Shown: one piece after another, positions 61,146-64,000 of the stretch
How positions within the stretch are numbered: the first letter of the stretch is position 1
Layout of the letters: every line of letters starts with the position of its first letter
Source of the DNA: Gemmatimonadales bacterium
GTDB taxonomy: Bacteria > Gemmatimonadota > Gemmatimonadetes > Gemmatimonadales > GWC2-71-9
Assembly (NCBI GenBank): GCA_041577295.1
Contig: JBFGJG010000003.1
Location: 96,001-160,000, forward strand
Direction of reading: 5' to 3'
DNA: 64,000 nt
Program-made: the position numbers and the translations under genes
The notes under the pieces: model-generated
The model's database searches: none
Seen by the model: only the letters and a program-made list of their open reading frames with translations
What the model was told of the DNA's origin: nothing

Positions 61146-62313
61146 ACGCTTCGCGTGGTGCGATCATGCCGCCGTTCGTCACGCGGTGCGCTTGCTGCTC
61201 ATCACGTGGTGCGGAAGTTCGGTGCCCCCCCCACCACTCGGCGCGCAGGAATCGACGTGGCGCGCCGCTACTCCGGATTATCGCTGGTCGTTTCCACGGG
61301 ACCATTGGGCGCACCCCGAGTACAAGACCGAGTGGTGGTATTTCACTGGTCACCTGGTCGATGACGCCGCTCCGGAGCGCCAATTTGGCTATCAGTTCAC
61401 GTTCTTTCGCGTGGGTGTCGTTCCAGACACGCTGACGATCGAGTCCGACTGGGCGAGTCGTCATTTGGTCATGGGTCACGCAGCGCTTACCGACATCACG
61501 ACAGGCCATCACGTCTTTTCCGAGCTGGTTTATCGTGCCACGCCGCTGCTTGGCGAATTTGGTGAGCCTGGTGACTCGCTGGTGGCATGGAGCCGCGCTC
61601 CCGTCGGGACCGACGGGCGGTGGTTACTCCGCTGGGATGGCGAGGGCTTCACCTTCTCGGCGCGCGACGATGCACGCAAGATCGCAATGGATCTCAGGAC
61701 CCGTCCCGACAAACCTCTGATCTTTCAGGGGCCCAATGGATACAGCCGGAAGGGCGACGGTCCCACGGCGGCCAGCCTGTATTACAGCTTCACACGACTC
61801 ACGACGACGGGAACGATCGAGTTTGACGGTCGGGTGACGCGGGTACGCGGGCTGAGCTGGATGGATAAGGAGTTTGGCTCCAATCAACTCGATCCGGATC
61901 AGGCGGGCTGGGACTGGTTCAGCCTGCAGTTTGAGGATGAGCGTGAGTTGATGGTGTACCGCCTGCGCGATCCTTCCGGAGCCACCGATTACGGTCTCGG
62001 CACTCTGATCGGTGTTGATGGATCCACACGATTTCTTGGTTTGCACGACTGGGAACTCGAACCCCTCGCCGAGTGGCGCAGTCCAGCCACCTCGGCGGCC
62101 TACCCGGCAGCCTGGAAGCTTACTGTTCCGGGCGCCGACATTGCGGTCGTGATCACACCTGAGGTTGCAAACCAGGAAAACGTCAGCCGTCTGATTCCTG
62201 ATTTGTTCTATTGGGAGGGCGCGGTCACGGTGCGAACGGAGGCCGGCAGATCGATCGGTCGAGGCTATGTCGAGCTCACCGGGTATGGTACGAGGAGCCG
62301 GCCGGCCATCTAA
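61132..62313 (+). CDS. AttH/CrtC-like lipocalin-domain protein
   Basis: FPRDHWAHP..EWWYFTG, GYQFTFFR, SWMDKEF, GWDWF, YWEG and GYVELTGY motifs. Confidence 0.88.
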   Translation: MMICKRFAWCDHAAVRHAVRLLLITWCGSSVPPPPLGAQESTWRAATPDYRWSFPRDHWAHPEYKTEWWYFTGHLVDDAAPERQFGYQFTFFRVGVVPDTLTIESDWASRHLVMGHAALTDITTGHHVFSELVYRATPLLGEFGEPGDSLVAWSRAPVGTDGRWLLRWDGEGFTFSARDDARKIAMDLRTRPDKPLIFQGPNGYSRKGDGPTAASLYYSFTRLTTTGTIEFDGRVTRVRGLSWMDKEFGSNQLDPDQAGWDWFSLQFEDERELMVYRLRDPSGATDYGLGTLIGVDGSTRFLGLHDWELEPLAEWRSPATSAAYPAAWKLTVPGADIAVVITPEVANQENVSRLIPDLFYWEGAVTVRTEAGRSIGRGYVELTGYGTRSRPAI

Positions 62314-62594
62314 CAAACCTCAGCCCGCGCTCCCATGTTCTTTAGTCACCGTGTACCTTTCACGAGGACGTTTTCGCGCGCCCACCGGAGCCACTTCGAG
62401 ACGTCACGGGCCGGCAATCACCTCACGCAAACGGTTCGTTTTCAGACTCTGGTTTGCGGGACCCCGATGGCACGGGATCAGGAACAAAAGCCAGGGTCTA
62501 GGCGTCTTACTAGCGGGAAGATTCGGCGGACCAGCCGAGACCGCGTGGCCGGTCGACCCGACGGCAGAGACGGAGCACGCAAGGGGGCATCGAG

Positions 62595-64000
62595 ATGGTG
62601 ACATCGACTCGTTCGGTAGTGTTGGCGTTGTTCGCGGTCGGCCTGACCGGGATCACCGCCGCCGTTCCCACCGCCGAAGCCCAGTACTTCGGGCGGAACA
62701 AGGTGCAGTACGAGAGCTTCGACTTCCAGGTTCTCAAGACCGAACACTTTGACATCTACTACTACCCCGAGGAAGAGGTCGCCATTGAGTACGCCGCGCT
62801 CATGGCTGAGCGCTGGTATGCGCGGCTGTCGCGACTCCTGAACCACAAGCTCTCGGGGCGCCAGGCACTCATTCTCTATTCGGCGCACCCCCACTTTCAG
62901 CAGACCAACGCTTTGCAGGGCGGCATCGGTGAGGGAACGGGTGGTGCAACCGAGATCCTGAAACGGCGCATCGTGCTGCCGTTTGCCGGTCCGCTGAAGG
63001 AAAGCGATCACGTCATCGGCCACGAGCTGGTGCACGCGTTTCAATTTGACGTGACGGGTGACGGCGGTGGGGTGCTGCGATCCGGGATTCCCGCTGCCGC
63101 TCGGTTGCCGCTGTGGTTCATCGAGGGGATGGCCGAGTATCTGTCGGTCGGGCCCGAGGATCCCCTGACGGCCATGTGGATGCGAGACGCAGTGCGCAAA
63201 AAGCTTCCCGACTTTGGCAAGCTGAACGATCCGCGCTTCTTTCCCTATCGGTACGGTCAGGCGCTGTGGGCGTACGTCAGCGGCCGGTGGGGCGACGAGG
63301 TGGTTGGCCGTGTGCTCAAGGCGTCCCGCCTGACCGGCAGCGCGTCAGTCGCGTTGGGCCGTGTACTCCGCATCAACCCGGACACCTTGATCGCCGGGTG
63401 GCATCGCGCCATGAAGGAGGCGTATGAGCCGTTGATCGAGCGAACGGAGGGGCCCGAGACGTACGGACGGCTGCTCCTCGGCGATCGAAGTGGTGATGGG
63501 TTCTACAATCTGGCCCCGGCGCTCAGTCCGGATGGGCGCAAGGTGGTCTTCTTATCCGAGCGCGACCTTTTCTCGATTGAGATGTTTCTCGCCGACGTCG
63601 AGACCGGGCAGATCGAGAAAAAGATCTTGAAGACGGCACTGGACCCCCACTTCGAGGGGCTCCAATCGATCAATTCGGCAGGCGCGTGGGATTATACGGG
63701 CGAGCGGTTTGTGTTCGCCGCGATTGTGCGTGGACAACCGGTCTTGTCCATTCTGGATGTGGCGCGTGGCAAGGTCCAGCGGGAGATCAAGTTCCCCGCG
63801 CTTGGTGAGATTTTCAACCCAACCTGGTCGCCCGACGGCCGCTATGTGGCCTTCTCTGCAATCGTGGGCGGGCTCTCGGACATCTTTGTCTACGATCTCG
63901 AACGTGACGAGACGCGCCGCCTCACCAACGACGCTTACGCCGATCTGCAGCCGTCGTGGTCGCCGGACGGGTCACGGATCGCCTTCGTGACCGATCGCTT
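62595..64000 (+). CDS. Secreted gluzincin-like + PD40/TolB-repeat protein (partial)
   Basis: Manual translation: signal peptide ...AEA-QYFGRNKVQY, HELVH, PLWFIEGMAEY, then LSPDG/WSPDG repeats. The frame is open to the window end. Confidence 0.85.
   Translation, partial: MVTSTRSVVLALFAVGLTGITAAVPTAEAQYFGRNKVQYESFDFQVLKTEHFDIYYYPEEEVAIEYAALMAERWYARLSRLLNHKLSGRQALILYSAHPHFQQTNALQGGIGEGTGGATEILKRRIVLPFAGPLKESDHVIGHELVHAFQFDVTGDGGGVLRSGIPAAARLPLWFIEGMAEYLSVGPEDPLTAMWMRDAVRKKLPDFGKLNDPRFFPYRYGQALWAYVSGRWGDEVVGRVLKASRLTGSASVALGRVLRINPDTLIAGWHRAMKEAYEPLIERTEGPETYGRLLLGDRSGDGFYNLAPALSPDGRKVVFLSERDLFSIEMFLADVETGQIEKKILKTALDPHFEGLQSINSAGAWDYTGERFVFAAIVRGQPVLSILDVARGKVQREIKFPALGEIFNPTWSPDGRYVAFSAIVGGLSDIFVYDLERDETRRLTNDAYADLQPSWSPDGSRIAFVTDR

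Noticed and set aside
62468..62483. TGGCACG sigma-54 -24 box upstream of the last gene
   Set aside because: There is no GC at the -12 position.
1..64000. CRISPR arrays, tRNA/rRNA, IS elements, prophage
   Set aside because: I saw no regularly spaced repeats, structural RNA signatures, transposase/integrase motifs or obvious composition shifts by eye.

Overview
GC-rich bacterial window with densely packed, often translationally coupled genes. The gene content is suggestive of Gemmatimonadota or a similar lineage, but this is inference only. I saw no rRNA, tRNA, CRISPR array or mobile element. From left to right it holds: an MFS/ABC importer/PIG-L-deacetylase operon; an acyl-CoA dehydrogenase; a GAF-PAS sensor kinase lacking its phospho-acceptor His; a 1256-aa modular lipoprotein; central-metabolism genes (methionine gamma-lyase-like, trxC, rpiA, tkt, acnA, arfB, pntAB); and a ~17 kb molybdoenzyme island (36.8-54.1 kb). 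The island contains moaA, a form I Mo-Cu CO dehydrogenase (AYRCSFR; coxMSL plus coxD, coxE, coxF-YHS, mocA and xdhC, with no coxG visible) and two further form II-like S-L-M sets (AYRGAGR). The window ends with a yheT-osmC-DUF971-ydjM operon, an AttEFGH-like ABC/lipocalin system and a truncated gluzincin/PD40 protein. The best hidden feature, missed by the ORF track, is an OsmC-family gene (31203-31670, minus strand) with an in-frame TGA at the catalytic Cys position followed by a SECIS-like hairpin, i.e. a probable selenoprotein. A dispersed 9-mer G-rich repeat (AGAGGGGAT) also occurs at several gene boundaries and forms G-quadruplex-type motifs.
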